DNA of 64,000 nucleotides from Desulfobacterales bacterium (GCA_963668645.2 CAXXWC010000019.1:480001-544000); one strand, 5' to 3'. Shown: positions 21,583-31,452, counted from the stretch's first letter. The notes: generated by a model from the sequence alone, not told the origin. Numbers and translations: made by a program.

Positions 21583-24012
21583 TCAGGTGGGCAGATCGGC
21601 GTCGAAGATATTGAGCAAATGTGCGCTAATCCACTGGTGCAGCCGGTTGATCTGCTCGTCGGCCAGGGTGACCTGGTCGCTGCGGTACGTAATGCGCAAA
21701 GAGATACTCTTGCGACCGGCCGGCACCGGGGCACCCTCGTAATGATCGAAGATCAAAACCTGCTCGACCAGCGGTTCATCCAGGGCCTGGACCGCCTCGA
21801 CCAGCCGCGCACTTTCCAGCTCGCGCTGCACGATGAGCGTGGCGTCCCGGTCGATGGCGGGAAAGCGCGGAATCGGCCGGCTGCTGGTGCCCGCCGGTAT
21901 CGACTCGGCCAGCAGTTGAACCGCCAACTCGAAGAAGAACACCGGCTGCTTGAGGTCGTAAGCCGCCGCGGTCTGCGGGTGAACCTCACCGATCCGGCCC
22001 AGGCACCGCTGGTGGACAAACACGTCGGCCGTATATCCCGGCCGGGTATAGCGGCACGCTTGGACCGCCGGAGCGGTAAAAGACGCACCCTCGATCCCCA
22101 GCCGCCCCAAAAGGGCCTCGACAATCCCCTTCAAGTCGAAAAAATCGCACGCCGCCTGGCGCTCGTCCCGGGACTGGTCCCAGTGATCCGGACGGCGCAA
22201 GCCGGTCCACAAAGCGGCCAGCTGGGTCGACTCGTCCGGCAGCTGCTCCGCCTCGGTAGAAGCGATGTAGGTGTTTCCCAACTCGAAAAGCTTGAGGTTG
22301 CGATTGTTCAGCGCGAGGTTGCGCGCGGCGGTATCGAGCAGGCCGGGAATCAAAGAGGTGCGCATGACGGCCTGCTCTTCGCTCAAGGGATTGAGAATCT
22401 CCACCTGCCGCCGGCGTGCATCGTCTTCGCCCAGGCGCAGCCGGGCAGCGGAATCGGCGTGGACGAAGCTGTAGGTGATCGCCTCATTGAAGCCGAACCC
22501 GGCCATCAGCCGCTTGAGGTCCCGGCGCAGCACGACCGGGGCTGACGGGCGGTACCCTTCGGCTGGAAACAGCGGATAGGTGGTGGCGATGTGCTGGTAG
22601 CCGTAGCGCCGGGCGATCTCCTCGTTCAGGTCTTCGGGTCGTGACACGTCGACCCGGAACGACGGGACCTCTACGGTGAATCGCCCGGGATCAGCCGGGG
22701 TGACGATAAATTGCAGTGATTCCAGAAACTGGCGGATCTGCCCGGCATCCAGATCGGTGCCCAAGCGCCGGTTTACGGTCTGCGGATCCAGGTCGATATG
22801 CCGCACCGGGGCCGGCCGGGGATGCTCGTCGATGTGCCCGGAAATCACCCGTCCCCCCGACACCTCCGCGATCAGGGCGGTGGCCCGGTGCAGGGCGCGC
22901 ACGGTGCCATGGGGATCGACCCCGCGCTCGAAGCGGTGGGAGGCGTCGGTGGCCAGCCCCAACCGTTTGGCGGTTTTGCGGATCGACACGGAATCGAAGC
23001 AGGCGCTTTCGAGCAGCACCCGCGTCGTGCCGGCTTCGATTTCCGAGTTGAGCCCGCCCATGACACCACCCACGGCCACCGGACGGGCGGCATCGCAAAT
23101 CATCAGGGTGTCGGCCGTCAGCCGGCGCTCCTTGCCGTCCAGGGTGACGAACGGTTCACCCTCGCCGGCGGTGCGCACCACGATGCGCCTGCCCTCCAGA
23201 CGGTCGAAGTCGAAAGCATGCAGCGGCTGGCCCAGATCGAGCATGACGAAATTGGTCACATCCACCACGTTGTTGATCGGCTTGAGCCCCACCGAGCGCA
23301 GCCGATCCTGCAGCCAGGCCGGTGAAGGTCCCACCGTCACCTCGAAGATGAGGCTGGCGGCATAGCGCGGGCAGTGTTCCGGGGCCAGGATTTGAACGGA
23401 GGTGTGGTCGCAGATGGCCTGTCCTGCGGCCGGGATGCCCACCTCGGGCGGGCGCACGGAGCAGCCGGCGATGGCGGCCGCTTCGCGGGCCACGCCGATG
23501 ATGCTCAGGCAGTCGGAGCGGTTGGGCGTCAATTCGATCTCGAAGACCGGGTCGCAAAGCTCCAGGGCCTGATTGAGGGGGCTGCCCACGGGAAGATCGG
23601 CATCCAAGGCCATGAGCCCGGACCCGTCGCCGCCCAAGCCGAGTTCCAGGGCGCTGCAAAGCATCGCTTCGGAGGTCACGCCGCGGATCGCACCGGCCTG
23701 GAGAATCTTGCCGTCTGGCATCTCGGTGCCCGGCAGGGCGCAAGGGGCCAGCATCCCCGCCGCCGCATTGGGGGCACCGCAAACCACGGTCACGACCCCA
23801 TCGCCGATATCGACCCGGCACAGCTTGAGGCGATCGGCCCGGGGATGGGCCTCCACCGTCTGGATGCGTCCCACGCGCACCGATCCGAGAAAAGCGAACC
23901 GGTCCACGACGCTGTCCACTTCCAGCCCGGCCATGGTCAGGGCCTCGGCCAGGTCGGCGGGCGCCATTGCAAGATCCACGTACTGGTTGAGCCAGCTCCA
24001 ACTGACCTTCAT
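21583..24012 (-). CDS. pheT: phenylalanine--tRNA ligase beta subunit
   Basis: MKVSWSWL start overlapping the pheS stop (TAATG), CGAPN, LTPNRSDCLS, RFERGVD, C-terminal FDX-ACB domain. Confidence 0.98.
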   Translation of the reverse strand: MKVSWSWLNQYVDLAMAPADLAEALTMAGLEVDSVVDRFAFLGSVRVGRIQTVEAHPRADRLKLCRVDIGDGVVTVVCGAPNAAAGMLAPCALPGTEMPDGKILQAGAIRGVTSEAMLCSALELGLGGDGSGLMALDADLPVGSPLNQALELCDPVFEIELTPNRSDCLSIIGVAREAAAIAGCSVRPPEVGIPAAGQAICDHTSVQILAPEHCPRYAASLIFEVTVGPSPAWLQDRLRSVGLKPINNVVDVTNFVMLDLGQPLHAFDFDRLEGRRIVVRTAGEGEPFVTLDGKERRLTADTLMICDAARPVAVGGVMGGLNSEIEAGTTRVLLESACFDSVSIRKTAKRLGLATDASHRFERGVDPHGTVRALHRATALIAEVSGGRVISGHIDEHPRPAPVRHIDLDPQTVNRRLGTDLDAGQIRQFLESLQFIVTPADPGRFTVEVPSFRVDVSRPEDLNEEIARRYGYQHIATTYPLFPAEGYRPSAPVVLRRDLKRLMAGFGFNEAITYSFVHADSAARLRLGEDDARRRQVEILNPLSEEQAVMRTSLIPGLLDTAARNLALNNRNLKLFELGNTYIASTEAEQLPDESTQLAALWTGLRRPDHWDQSRDERQAACDFFDLKGIVEALLGRLGIEGASFTAPAVQACRYTRPGYTADVFVHQRCLGRIGEVHPQTAAAYDLKQPVFFFELAVQLLAESIPAGTSSRPIPRFPAIDRDATLIVQRELESARLVEAVQALDEPLVEQVLIFDHYEGAPVPAGRKSISLRITYRSDQVTLADEQINRLHQWISAHLLNIFDADLPT

Positions 24013-25019
24013 TAAAATTGCCTCAAAAAACGCAGGTCGTTCTCGAAAAACCTGCGCAGATCGTCGATTCCGTACTTGAGCATGGCGATGCGCTCCACGC
24101 CCATGCCGAAGGCAAAACCGGTGTAGCGCGTTGTGTCGTAGCCGACGTTTTCGAACACCGCCGGATGGACCATCCCCGATCCGAGCACCTCGATCCAGCC
24201 GGTTTGGGAACAGACGCGGCACCCCTTGCCGCGGCAGATCACGCAGCGGATGTCCACCTCTGCGCTCGGTTCGGTGAAGGGGAAAAACGAAGGCCGGAAG
24301 CGCAGCCCGGTATCCGGGCCGAACATCTGGTGCACAAAACCGGTCAGCACCCCTTTCAGGTCCCCGAAAGAGACCCGCTCGTCCACCAGCAACCCCTCGA
24401 CCTGATGAAACATGGGGGTGTGGGTCAGATCCGAATCGCAGCGGAAGACCTTGCCCGGAGCGATGATGCGCACCGGCGGGCGGCGCTTTTCCATGGTCCG
24501 CGGCTGGGATGGCGAGGTATGGGTGCGCAGTACGATATTGTCCGAGACGTAAAACGTGTCCTGCATGTCGCGGGCCGGATGGTCCCGGGGGATGTTGAGG
24601 GCTTCGAAATTGTAGTAATCCGTTTCGACTTCCGGCCCTTCGGCGATGTCGAATCCCATGCGCCCCAGGATCTCGCAGATCTCATCCATGACGAGGGTAA
24701 TGGGGTGCAGGCCTCCGGTCGGGGCCGCCCGTCCCGGCATGGAGACGTCGATGCCCGAGTCCTTGGCTTTGGATTGCGCCCGGATCTCGTTCAAAGCCGC
24801 GGTCAGGGCTGCTTCGAGGTCCCGCTTCAGGCGGTTGGCGCCTTGGCCGGCCTCGGGACGCTGTTCGGCGGGAAGCCGGGAAATGTTGCGCAAAAACTGC
24901 GTCAACACCCCTTTGCGTCCCAGGTAGCACACATTGAGGGCCTGGAGGGCCTCTTCGTCCGCAGCCGCTTCGAGCGCCGCAAAGGATTCGTTGCGGATCT
25001 GTTCCAGGGTAGGTTCCAC
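24012..25019 (-). CDS. pheS: phenylalanine--tRNA ligase alpha subunit
   Basis: HPARDMQDTF, LRTHTS, FRPSFFPFTEPS, GFAFGMGVER. Confidence 0.99.
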   Translation of the reverse strand: MEPTLEQIRNESFAALEAAADEEALQALNVCYLGRKGVLTQFLRNISRLPAEQRPEAGQGANRLKRDLEAALTAALNEIRAQSKAKDSGIDVSMPGRAAPTGGLHPITLVMDEICEILGRMGFDIAEGPEVETDYYNFEALNIPRDHPARDMQDTFYVSDNIVLRTHTSPSQPRTMEKRRPPVRIIAPGKVFRCDSDLTHTPMFHQVEGLLVDERVSFGDLKGVLTGFVHQMFGPDTGLRFRPSFFPFTEPSAEVDIRCVICRGKGCRVCSQTGWIEVLGSGMVHPAVFENVGYDTTRYTGFAFGMGVERIAMLKYGIDDLRRFFENDLRFLRQF

Positions 25020-25112
25020 GGCGTTGCTCTGTTGGGTATGGCGATGGAGGACCGCCGGTGCCCGCAGCCGGTCGAACCTGCAGGCACCGGGACAACCATA
25101 ATTAAAGCATAA

Positions 25113-25463
25113 TTAAAGGCGTTCGGCAGCCATCTGGGCCACCCGGGCGAAGCCGGCCGGATCGGATATGGCCAGTTCGGCCAGGACCTTGCGATCCAGA
25201 TCCACGTTGGCAAGCTTCAGACCGTGGATCAACTGGCTGTAGCTCAGGTTGTTGATCCGGGCCGCCGCGTTGATGCGGGCGATCCAAAGACGGCGAAAGT
25301 CGCGTTTGCGGACTCGCCGGTCACGGAAGGCATAATCGAGGGCCTTGTCAACGCTGTCGGCAGCGGTGCGGAACAGCTTGCTGCGGCCGCCGCGAAACCC
25401 CTTGGCAAGGTTGAGAACCTTCTTGTGACGGTGTCTTGTCCTGTAACCTGTTTTCACACGCAT
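25113..25463 (-). CDS. rplT: 50S ribosomal protein L20
   Basis: [33 protein letters not shown]. Confidence 0.98.
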   Translation of the reverse strand: MRVKTGYRTRHRHKKVLNLAKGFRGGRSKLFRTAADSVDKALDYAFRDRRVRKRDFRRLWIARINAAARINNLSYSQLIHGLKLANVDLDRKVLAELAISDPAGFARVAQMAAERL

Positions 25464-25605
25464 GATCGATCTCCTCGAAGCTGGCGCCGGCGGCGCACCG
25501 TGTTGCCGACGGCGACCAATTGATGATCGGCAGCGCCCCCTGGCGTGCCGACCGGATATACCCGCACGCTTGAATCGTGCGGGTGGCTTGCCCCCCCGGC
25601 CGCCT

Positions 25606-25803
25606 TTAGCCGTAAGGCATCAGACGCCGCAGGGCCTTCATGTTGGTTCCATCCACAATCCGGGAGCTCCGCAGCTGCCGCTTGCGCTTCGGGCTCTTGC
25701 TGGTCAGGATATGGCTGTGATAGCTGCGATTGAAGGTGTACTTGCCGGTACCGGTGCGCTTGAAGCGCTTGGCCGCCGCGCGGTTGGTCTTGATCTTGGG
25801 CAT
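25606..25803 (-). CDS. rpmI: 50S ribosomal protein L35
   Basis: [15 protein letters not shown]...HILTSK...MPY. Confidence 0.98.
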   Translation of the reverse strand: MPKIKTNRAAAKRFKRTGTGKYTFNRSYHSHILTSKSPKRKRQLRSSRIVDGTNMKALRRLMPYG

Positions 25804-25950
25804 ATCAATCGTTTCCTTTCAAATATCGATGGCGTGAGCGCCGCTATGGGCGGTTCACGCCACGGTATTGCGCCGGCTTTCGGGTCGCATCGGCCTTAGC
25901 CGAACGAAACCGCCGGCGCGGCGCCGTTAAGGTCGCTCAATAGATGAAGG

Positions 25951-26493
25951 TCAGTGCGGTTTGGGCGCCATAATCATCATCATGGTACGCCCTTCGAATT
26001 TCGGTGTCTGCTCCACGACCCCGTCCTCGACGAGCTCCTCGGCGATGCGTTCCAACAGGCTGCGCCCCTGATTGGCCATGGTGATCTCCCGGCCGCGGAA
26101 CATCACCGTTACTTTGACCTTGTCCTTTTTGGCCAGAAATTTTCGAATATGGCCGATCTTGGTCTGCAGATCGTGGTCCCCGGTCTTGGGCCGGCACTTG
26201 ATCTCCTTGATTTGAACCGTGCTCTGCTTCTTTTTGGCTTCCTGTTTTTTCTTGGTCTGCTCGTACTTGAAACGGCCATAGTCCATGATCTTGCAGACCG
26301 GCGGGACGGCGTTGGGCGAAATCTCCACCAAATCAAGGCCGTGTTCCGCAGCGATGGCAAGCGCTTTGAGCAACGGGACAATGCCGACCTGAGTGCCTTC
26401 CGGGTCGATCAAACGGACTTCTTTGGCCCTGATATTACGGTTGATGCGGGTCATATCCGTACGAGTCGGAATAACGCGTCTGTTCAGAGCTAT
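25951..26493 (-). CDS. infC: translation initiation factor IF-3 (probable non-canonical ATA start)
   Basis: RINRNIRAKEVRLI, PPVCKIMDYGRFKY, FRGRE; GGAGGTG SD then in-frame ATA at 26493. Confidence 0.97.
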   Translation of the reverse strand: MALNRRVIPTRTDMTRINRNIRAKEVRLIDPEGTQVGIVPLLKALAIAAEHGLDLVEISPNAVPPVCKIMDYGRFKYEQTKKKQEAKKKQSTVQIKEIKCRPKTGDHDLQTKIGHIRKFLAKKDKVKVTVMFRGREITMANQGRSLLERIAEELVEDGVVEQTPKFEGRTMMMIMAPKPH

Positions 26494-26664
26494 ACCTTCA
26501 CCTCCTCGGTCTGCGCGGTTCATACCGCGACCTTAGGGCCGCCAGACGAATCCGGGCGAGGGCGTCCCATCAGTCGCCAAAATTCAAACTTCAATATACA
26601 ACAGGATAACGAAATGCAAGCGGAAAATGCAAGCCCCATCCCTCTGCCGGCTTGGGCCGGACGC

Positions 26665-27243
26665 TCAGACGGGCATCCTCCCGCTCCCCTGGGACAGGGT
26701 ATAACGGGCCAGGAGACTGTCGCGCCAGTATCCGTTATCAGGGCCGGAGAAGAAGGTCCGAAAAAAATCGAGCGCTTCGGCACGGCGCACCCCGGCCCGA
26801 ATTTCAACCGCCCGCTGGGCATACAACGGTGCCACGGAGGCCAGAGAACAGCCGGTCCCCCCGCCCATGGCGTCCTCGTAAGCATATACGATGCGCCCGA
26901 TGCCGGCCAGCAGGATGGCGCCGAAACACATCAGGCAGGGCTCCAGGGTGGTCGCCAGGGTCAGCTGCCCGCGCCCCCCGGTGCCGGGGATGGCTTCCAG
27001 CCGGCGCAGGGCGATGATTTCCGCGTGATCCAGCTCGCTCGGGGCTGAACCGCGGCTGGCCCGGCGTGCGGCGCTGGCCAGAACCCGGTGCCGGTCCGCC
27101 ACAACGCAACCGACCGGAAACTCGCCGGCTTCAAGCGCCTTGCGGGCCTGTTCCAGGGCCAGGCCCATGAGATAATGATCGTCCAGCGGTTCGGTCAAGT
27201 TGTCGGGTGCCGGGTCAGGATGCATTGCGAATTCATTGTCCAC
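26665..27243 (-). CDS. nucleoside/tRNA deaminase (TadA-like CDA fold)
   Basis: GEFPVGCV, HAE, TLEPCLMC zinc motif. Confidence 0.88.
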   Translation of the reverse strand: MDNEFAMHPDPAPDNLTEPLDDHYLMGLALEQARKALEAGEFPVGCVVADRHRVLASAARRASRGSAPSELDHAEIIALRRLEAIPGTGGRGQLTLATTLEPCLMCFGAILLAGIGRIVYAYEDAMGGGTGCSLASVAPLYAQRAVEIRAGVRRAEALDFFRTFFSGPDNGYWRDSLLARYTLSQGSGRMPV

Positions 27244-27252
27244 ATCTCGAAG

Positions 27253-27822
27253 TTATTTTCCCGCTTCCGGTTCCAGCCGGCAGATGGTGTCGTCACACGG
27301 GCAACTGCCGTCCACCTCGAAAGCGTAAACGATGCGGGCCGCCATTTCAGCCTGGCGGTCGCTGACGGCCTTTGGCGGTGCAGCGGCCAGATGGTCCAGA
27401 AGCCGTTGGCGGGTCGGCATCGCGTCAAGCCCGGCACCGATCACCTTGCCGCTGGTGGTGTCGAGCACGTCGGCGTCCCGTCCGTTGGTGACCACCGCCA
27501 GGGGAACCACCGCAGGCCCCAGCAGCCTGGCCAGGGCCAGGGTCGGCCGGTGGCGCGTGACGATGGAGCCCGGCCCGTACTTGATCAGCATGGCGGCGCG
27601 CCGGGCTTCGAAAACGACAAAATCCACCGGCACCCGGGCCTGCTTGGCTCCGGCTCGCACCTGGAGCATGACCTGCGACTGGATCCGATCGCGCGAAAAC
27701 CCGCCGCGTTCCACCAGCAACCGGGCGATGTTCTGGCGCAGCCGCTCATCGAGGGTGTCGTCAAGGGTCTGCCCGGTCAGATAGTCGGTCAATTGGCCCA
27801 GGACCAGGTGATGGCCGCTCAT
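27253..27822 (-). CDS. HsdR N-terminal-like (type I restriction enzyme R N-domain) stand-alone protein
   Basis: DYLTG...DERLRQ, VDFVV, AVVTNG motif typical of the HSDR_N family. Confidence 0.7.
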   Translation of the reverse strand: MSGHHLVLGQLTDYLTGQTLDDTLDERLRQNIARLLVERGGFSRDRIQSQVMLQVRAGAKQARVPVDFVVFEARRAAMLIKYGPGSIVTRHRPTLALARLLGPAVVPLAVVTNGRDADVLDTTSGKVIGAGLDAMPTRQRLLDHLAAAPPKAVSDRQAEMAARIVYAFEVDGSCPCDDTICRLEPEAGK

Positions 27823-28009
27823 ATATGCTCGCTTCCCTTGCGCATCAAACCGCCTTGCGCCGTTGCCCATCGCTGCGGGTGCATTCTGATCCATTTACCG
27901 GTGCCTGTAAAGCCCCGGCAATGCTTTCTGGCAGGCCTTGGGGCAAGTCGTGTCGCGCCCCCCTGCGGGCAATCTCCATCGCCAGGCCGTCAATCTCGAA
28001 AGTTGAATC

Positions 28010-28038
28010 TTGACATGGGCCCGGACCGGTGCTAAAGA
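28010..28038 (+). promoter_or_regulatory. sigma70-like promoter of tRNA-Val
   Basis: TTGACA-N17-TAAAGA with extended TG, 12 nt before the tRNA. Confidence 0.55.
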
Positions 28039-28050
28039 GGCACCTTTCAT

Positions 28051-28125
28051 AGGCACGTAGCTCAGTGGGAGAGCACTACCCTGACACGGTAGGGGTCGAC
28101 AGTTCAATCCTGTCCGTGCCTACCA
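28051..28125 (+). tRNA. tRNA-Val (GAC)
   Basis: AGGCACG acceptor stem, CTACC-CT-GAC-AC-GGTAG anticodon arm, TTCAATC T-loop, CCA end. Confidence 0.97.
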
Positions 28126-28133
28126 GAAAGACC

Positions 28134-28168
28134 AAAGGGGCTCCGGTTATGCCGGGGCCCCTTTTTTT
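28134..28168 (+). terminator. intrinsic terminator after tRNA-Val
   Basis: AAAGGGGCTCCGG-TTATG-CCGGGGCCCCTTTTTTT. Confidence 0.85.
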
Positions 28169-28240
28169 ATTTTCCATGCGCCGCTTGCCGCCGGCCAGCG
28201 CGAAGCGCTGCAGCTGTGCGCGGCCCCCCGCAATTGAGGC

Positions 28241-29344
28241 TCAGGTTTTCGGCAACGGCGGCGGGACCGTACCGAAAAGCCCTGCCAGATCCGCGACCTG
28301 GCCGGCCTGGGCCCAATCGGCCATCCCCTGTTTCCATACCAGGGTCTCTCTGGCAAGCTGGCGATTGGAGATCATCTCCTTGACTTGGTCCGCTGTAAAG
28401 GGACCGGCCTGCTGGTTGTTGATGGCCGCATACCACTGGGTCTGCTGTGGAAGCGGCGGCGGCCCCGGCGACTGGGGCGGCTGGGCCGCGCCCTGCATGG
28501 CCCCGCCCATGAGGTTGCCCACCCCCAGCCCGGCGATCATGCCCATGGCATTGGCGCCCCCACCACCTTGGTTTTCCGCCATCTTCTCGATGGCCTCGGC
28601 GGTCTGAAACTGGGTGTAAGCGCCAAGGTTGCCGATCATCCCCATCTGGGTGCGCTTGTCCAAGACCTTCTCCACCGCCTCGGGCACGCTGATGTTTTCC
28701 ACCAGGAACTTGGTCAGCCGGATCCCGTACTCGTCAATCTCCGGCTGCAGCACCCCCATCAGCAGATCACCCAGTTCGTTGTAGTTGGCGGCCAGATCGA
28801 GCATGGGAATCTTCGCTTCGGCCAGGGCATCGGCAAACCGGCTGACCAGGATGTTGCGGATCTGCCCGGTGATCTCCCCGGTTTCAAAGAGCGTGTCGGT
28901 GCCGGCAATCTGGCGGATGAAGGCCGCCGGGTCCTGCACCCGGATGCAGTAAGTGCCGAAGGCCCGCATGCGGACCGGGCCGAACTCCGCATCGCGCATC
29001 ATCACCGGGTTCTTGGTGCCCCATTTCAGATCGGTGAACTGGCGCATGCTCACAAAGAACACGTCACACTTGAACGGCGCGTCAAAGGCGTATTTCCAGC
29101 TTTTCAAGGTGGTCAGGATCGGGATATTGCGGGTGGTCAGCGGGTAACGCCCCGGGGTGAAGATATCGCCGATTTCCCCCTCGTGCATGAACACGGCCAC
29201 CTGGCTTTCACGCACGATGAGCTGGGCACCGTTTTTGATTTCATTGTCGTAGCGGGGAAATTTCCAGACGATGCTGTCGTTGGTGTCATCCACCCACTCG
29301 ATGACATCGATGAACTGGCCGACAACCTTGTCCCAGAGTGCCAT
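28241..29344 (-). CDS. SPFH (YdjI-like) protein with C-terminal GYF_2 domain
   Basis: IDVIEW, LIVRESQVAVF, KWGTKNPV, VRMRAFGTY; C-terminal WY...QQAGPF...LVWKQGMADW. Confidence 0.9.
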   Translation of the reverse strand: MALWDKVVGQFIDVIEWVDDTNDSIVWKFPRYDNEIKNGAQLIVRESQVAVFMHEGEIGDIFTPGRYPLTTRNIPILTTLKSWKYAFDAPFKCDVFFVSMRQFTDLKWGTKNPVMMRDAEFGPVRMRAFGTYCIRVQDPAAFIRQIAGTDTLFETGEITGQIRNILVSRFADALAEAKIPMLDLAANYNELGDLLMGVLQPEIDEYGIRLTKFLVENISVPEAVEKVLDKRTQMGMIGNLGAYTQFQTAEAIEKMAENQGGGGANAMGMIAGLGVGNLMGGAMQGAAQPPQSPGPPPLPQQTQWYAAINNQQAGPFTADQVKEMISNRQLARETLVWKQGMADWAQAGQVADLAGLFGTVPPPLPKT

Positions 29345-29443
29345 GGTCCACCTCCGGCGGGGTTGGTATGTCCTGAGGCATCCACTTTCGGCTGCCGTCA
29401 CGGGTCCGGCGCCAAATGGATCCCGAAAGAAAATCTGGTTCCC

Positions 29444-29472
29444 AGGCTACAATGCCGCCCAAAAGCTGTCAA
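29444..29472 (-). promoter_or_regulatory. sigma70-like promoter of the SPFH gene
   Basis: TTGACA-N17-TAGCCT on the minus strand. Confidence 0.5.
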
Positions 29473-29486
29473 ATCCTGCTGTAAAT

Positions 29487-31046
29487 TCAATTAAACCGAT
29501 TCCATCCGCTTTTGTAGTACTCGTACAAAATCGGCTGATCGAGCCGATTGGCGCGCACCGCGCCCGCCGGCTGCATGTCCTTGGCAAAGCTGAACATGGA
29601 CCGCAGGGTTGCGCCGGTCAAAAACCGCGACGGCACCGAAACGTCCAGGCGTTCGGGATTCACGACCCTGCGCGAGGCCAGGATAAACCCCCACTCGCCG
29701 AATGAGGGTACATTCACATGGTACGGCACCGGTTTGAGGCTGCGCTCGGTTTCGTCCCGGCGCACCGCTTCTGCCATGGTTTTAAAAATGCACCAGAACG
29801 CCCGGGGGGCGTAAAACGGGGATGTGGCCTGGGTGACCATTACCCCCCGGTGGCTCAGGCGTCGGGCGCACAGGGCATAAAAGGCGGTCGAGTAAAGCTT
29901 GGAAAGGCTTTCATTGTTGGGATCCGGCAGATCGATCAGGATCACATCGTAAAATGCGCGGCTTTTTTCGAGAAAGCCCATGGCATCCCCATTGACGATC
30001 TGCAGGCGCGGATCGTTGAGCGAATTGCGATTCAAGGCGGTCAACTCGCTCCGGTTTTGCCCGAGATCTGTCATCTGCGGATCGATGTCCACCAGCGTCA
30101 CCTGCTGCACGCTGCCGTACTTGAAAACCTCCCGGGCGGCCATGCCGTCGCCGCCGCCCAGGATCAGTACCTGGCGGGGATCGGTGGCCGCCTCCATGGC
30201 CGGGATGACCAGCGATTCGTGGTAGCGCGCCTCGTCGATGCTGCTGAACTGGATGTTACCGTTCAGGTAGAGCCGGAAATCATCCCGCCAGCGGGTCAGC
30301 ACGATCCGCTGGTAGGAGGTGGTCCTGGCATAGATGATACTGTCCTGGTACAAAAGATCTTCCAAAAACCCCACCAGCTGCACGGAGTAGAACATCGCGG
30401 CCAACAGCACCAGGGCCGCTGCGGCCAGCCGCCATGCCATCCATTTGCGGGATCCCTTCAGCAGGGCCAGACCCGCCCCCGCCACGCAGAGGTTCATGAT
30501 GCCGAAGACCAGCGAGGCCCGGCTCAAGCCGAGATACGGCAGCACCACCAGCGGAAAGAGAACCGATCCCGCCAGGGCGCCGGCATAATCGAGCGCCAGC
30601 ACGTGGCTCAGGGCCTCGGAAAAATCGACGTTTTCCTTCAGGATCCGCACCAGCAGGGGGATCTCGATGCCGATCAGCACCCCGATGGCCGCGCAGAGCG
30701 AATAAAAGAGCACCGGGAACACGGCTTCGGCAAAAGCGCTGGCGGCGAACATGCCGATGCTGCTGCCGCCGCCCACCAGGCCGATCCAGATCTCGACTTC
30801 GATAAATACCTTCAGCAGGTTCTTGCGGACGAACTTGGCGATATACGCCCCCAGCCCCATGGCACACAAAAACACGCCGATGACCAGTGAAAACTGGGTG
30901 ACGGCATCCCCCAGGATATAGCTGGACACGGCCCCGGCCACCAGTTCGTAAACCAGGCCGCAGGCCGCCACCAGGAAAACGGAGCCCAGCAGGATGATCC
31001 TCGCCGAGGGGCGGCGCAGGTTATGCGTTGGATGGTCCGGGTTCAT
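29487..31046 (-). CDS. speE: membrane-anchored polyamine aminopropyltransferase (spermidine synthase)
   Basis: about 7 TM N-terminal half (ACGLVYEL...GIEIPLL...DYAGAL), YHESLV, LILGGGDGMAARE, DLPDP, VPSFGEWGF. Confidence 0.9.
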   Translation of the reverse strand: MNPDHPTHNLRRPSARIILLGSVFLVAACGLVYELVAGAVSSYILGDAVTQFSLVIGVFLCAMGLGAYIAKFVRKNLLKVFIEVEIWIGLVGGGSSIGMFAASAFAEAVFPVLFYSLCAAIGVLIGIEIPLLVRILKENVDFSEALSHVLALDYAGALAGSVLFPLVVLPYLGLSRASLVFGIMNLCVAGAGLALLKGSRKWMAWRLAAAALVLLAAMFYSVQLVGFLEDLLYQDSIIYARTTSYQRIVLTRWRDDFRLYLNGNIQFSSIDEARYHESLVIPAMEAATDPRQVLILGGGDGMAAREVFKYGSVQQVTLVDIDPQMTDLGQNRSELTALNRNSLNDPRLQIVNGDAMGFLEKSRAFYDVILIDLPDPNNESLSKLYSTAFYALCARRLSHRGVMVTQATSPFYAPRAFWCIFKTMAEAVRRDETERSLKPVPYHVNVPSFGEWGFILASRRVVNPERLDVSVPSRFLTGATLRSMFSFAKDMQPAGAVRANRLDQPILYEYYKSGWNRFN

Positions 31047-31165
31047 GCACAAGGGCTTGGTGGCGGTGCCGGCCCCGGTCGCTGTCGATCCGAATCAAGG
31101 CCGCATCGATGTGCCGGCCATAGACGGAAATCGGTATGCGGGCAGGCGGCATCACACCCTGCAAA

Positions 31166-31381
31166 TCAGGTAATGGCAGCGGCGATGATAATGGCCAACC
31201 CGATGATCACCGCCCCGAAGATAATGGCCAAGGCCACGTTCTGATCATCCTCGATCTCTTTGCGGATGCTGAAGGGCGTGATCTTTTCGAAAAGAAAGAA
31301 CGCCGCTGCAAACACGGCCAGCCCGAATGCCGTATAGACCAGGCTTAGGATGAATTGCATCAAATGCGTGTCGGTAACCAT
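31166..31381 (-). CDS. DUF350 family small membrane protein
   Basis: FEKITPFSIRKEIEDDQNVALAII; GGAGG SD before ATG 31381. Confidence 0.85.
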   Translation of the reverse strand: MVTDTHLMQFILSLVYTAFGLAVFAAAFFLFEKITPFSIRKEIEDDQNVALAIIFGAVIIGLAIIIAAAIT

Positions 31382-31452
31382 GAAGCCTCCAGTTGTTGTC
31401 GGCGCATTGTCAATTTGACGGTCCAGCGCTGTAAAGTGCTCCTGCGGCCGGA

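Noticed and set aside
374..25112. Very long antisense ORFs (e.g. 374-2542, 6898-8877, 10642-12387, 15498-18410, 19277-20737, 24018-25112; also 47060-48475 and 49163-51388)
   Set aside because: They mirror well-supported genes on the opposite strand, as expected in high-GC3 DNA, and have no recognisable motifs.
25020..25118. pheM-like attenuator upstream of pheS
   Set aside because: A 13-bp hairpin (25055-25090) exists but has no U-tract or Phe-rich leader; the 11-bp tandem CATAATTAAAG (25097-25118) looks like a trivial local duplication.
21065..28125. tRNA-Gly or tRNA-Val as integration sites
   Set aside because: No integrase and no duplicated tRNA 3' end was noticed in the window.
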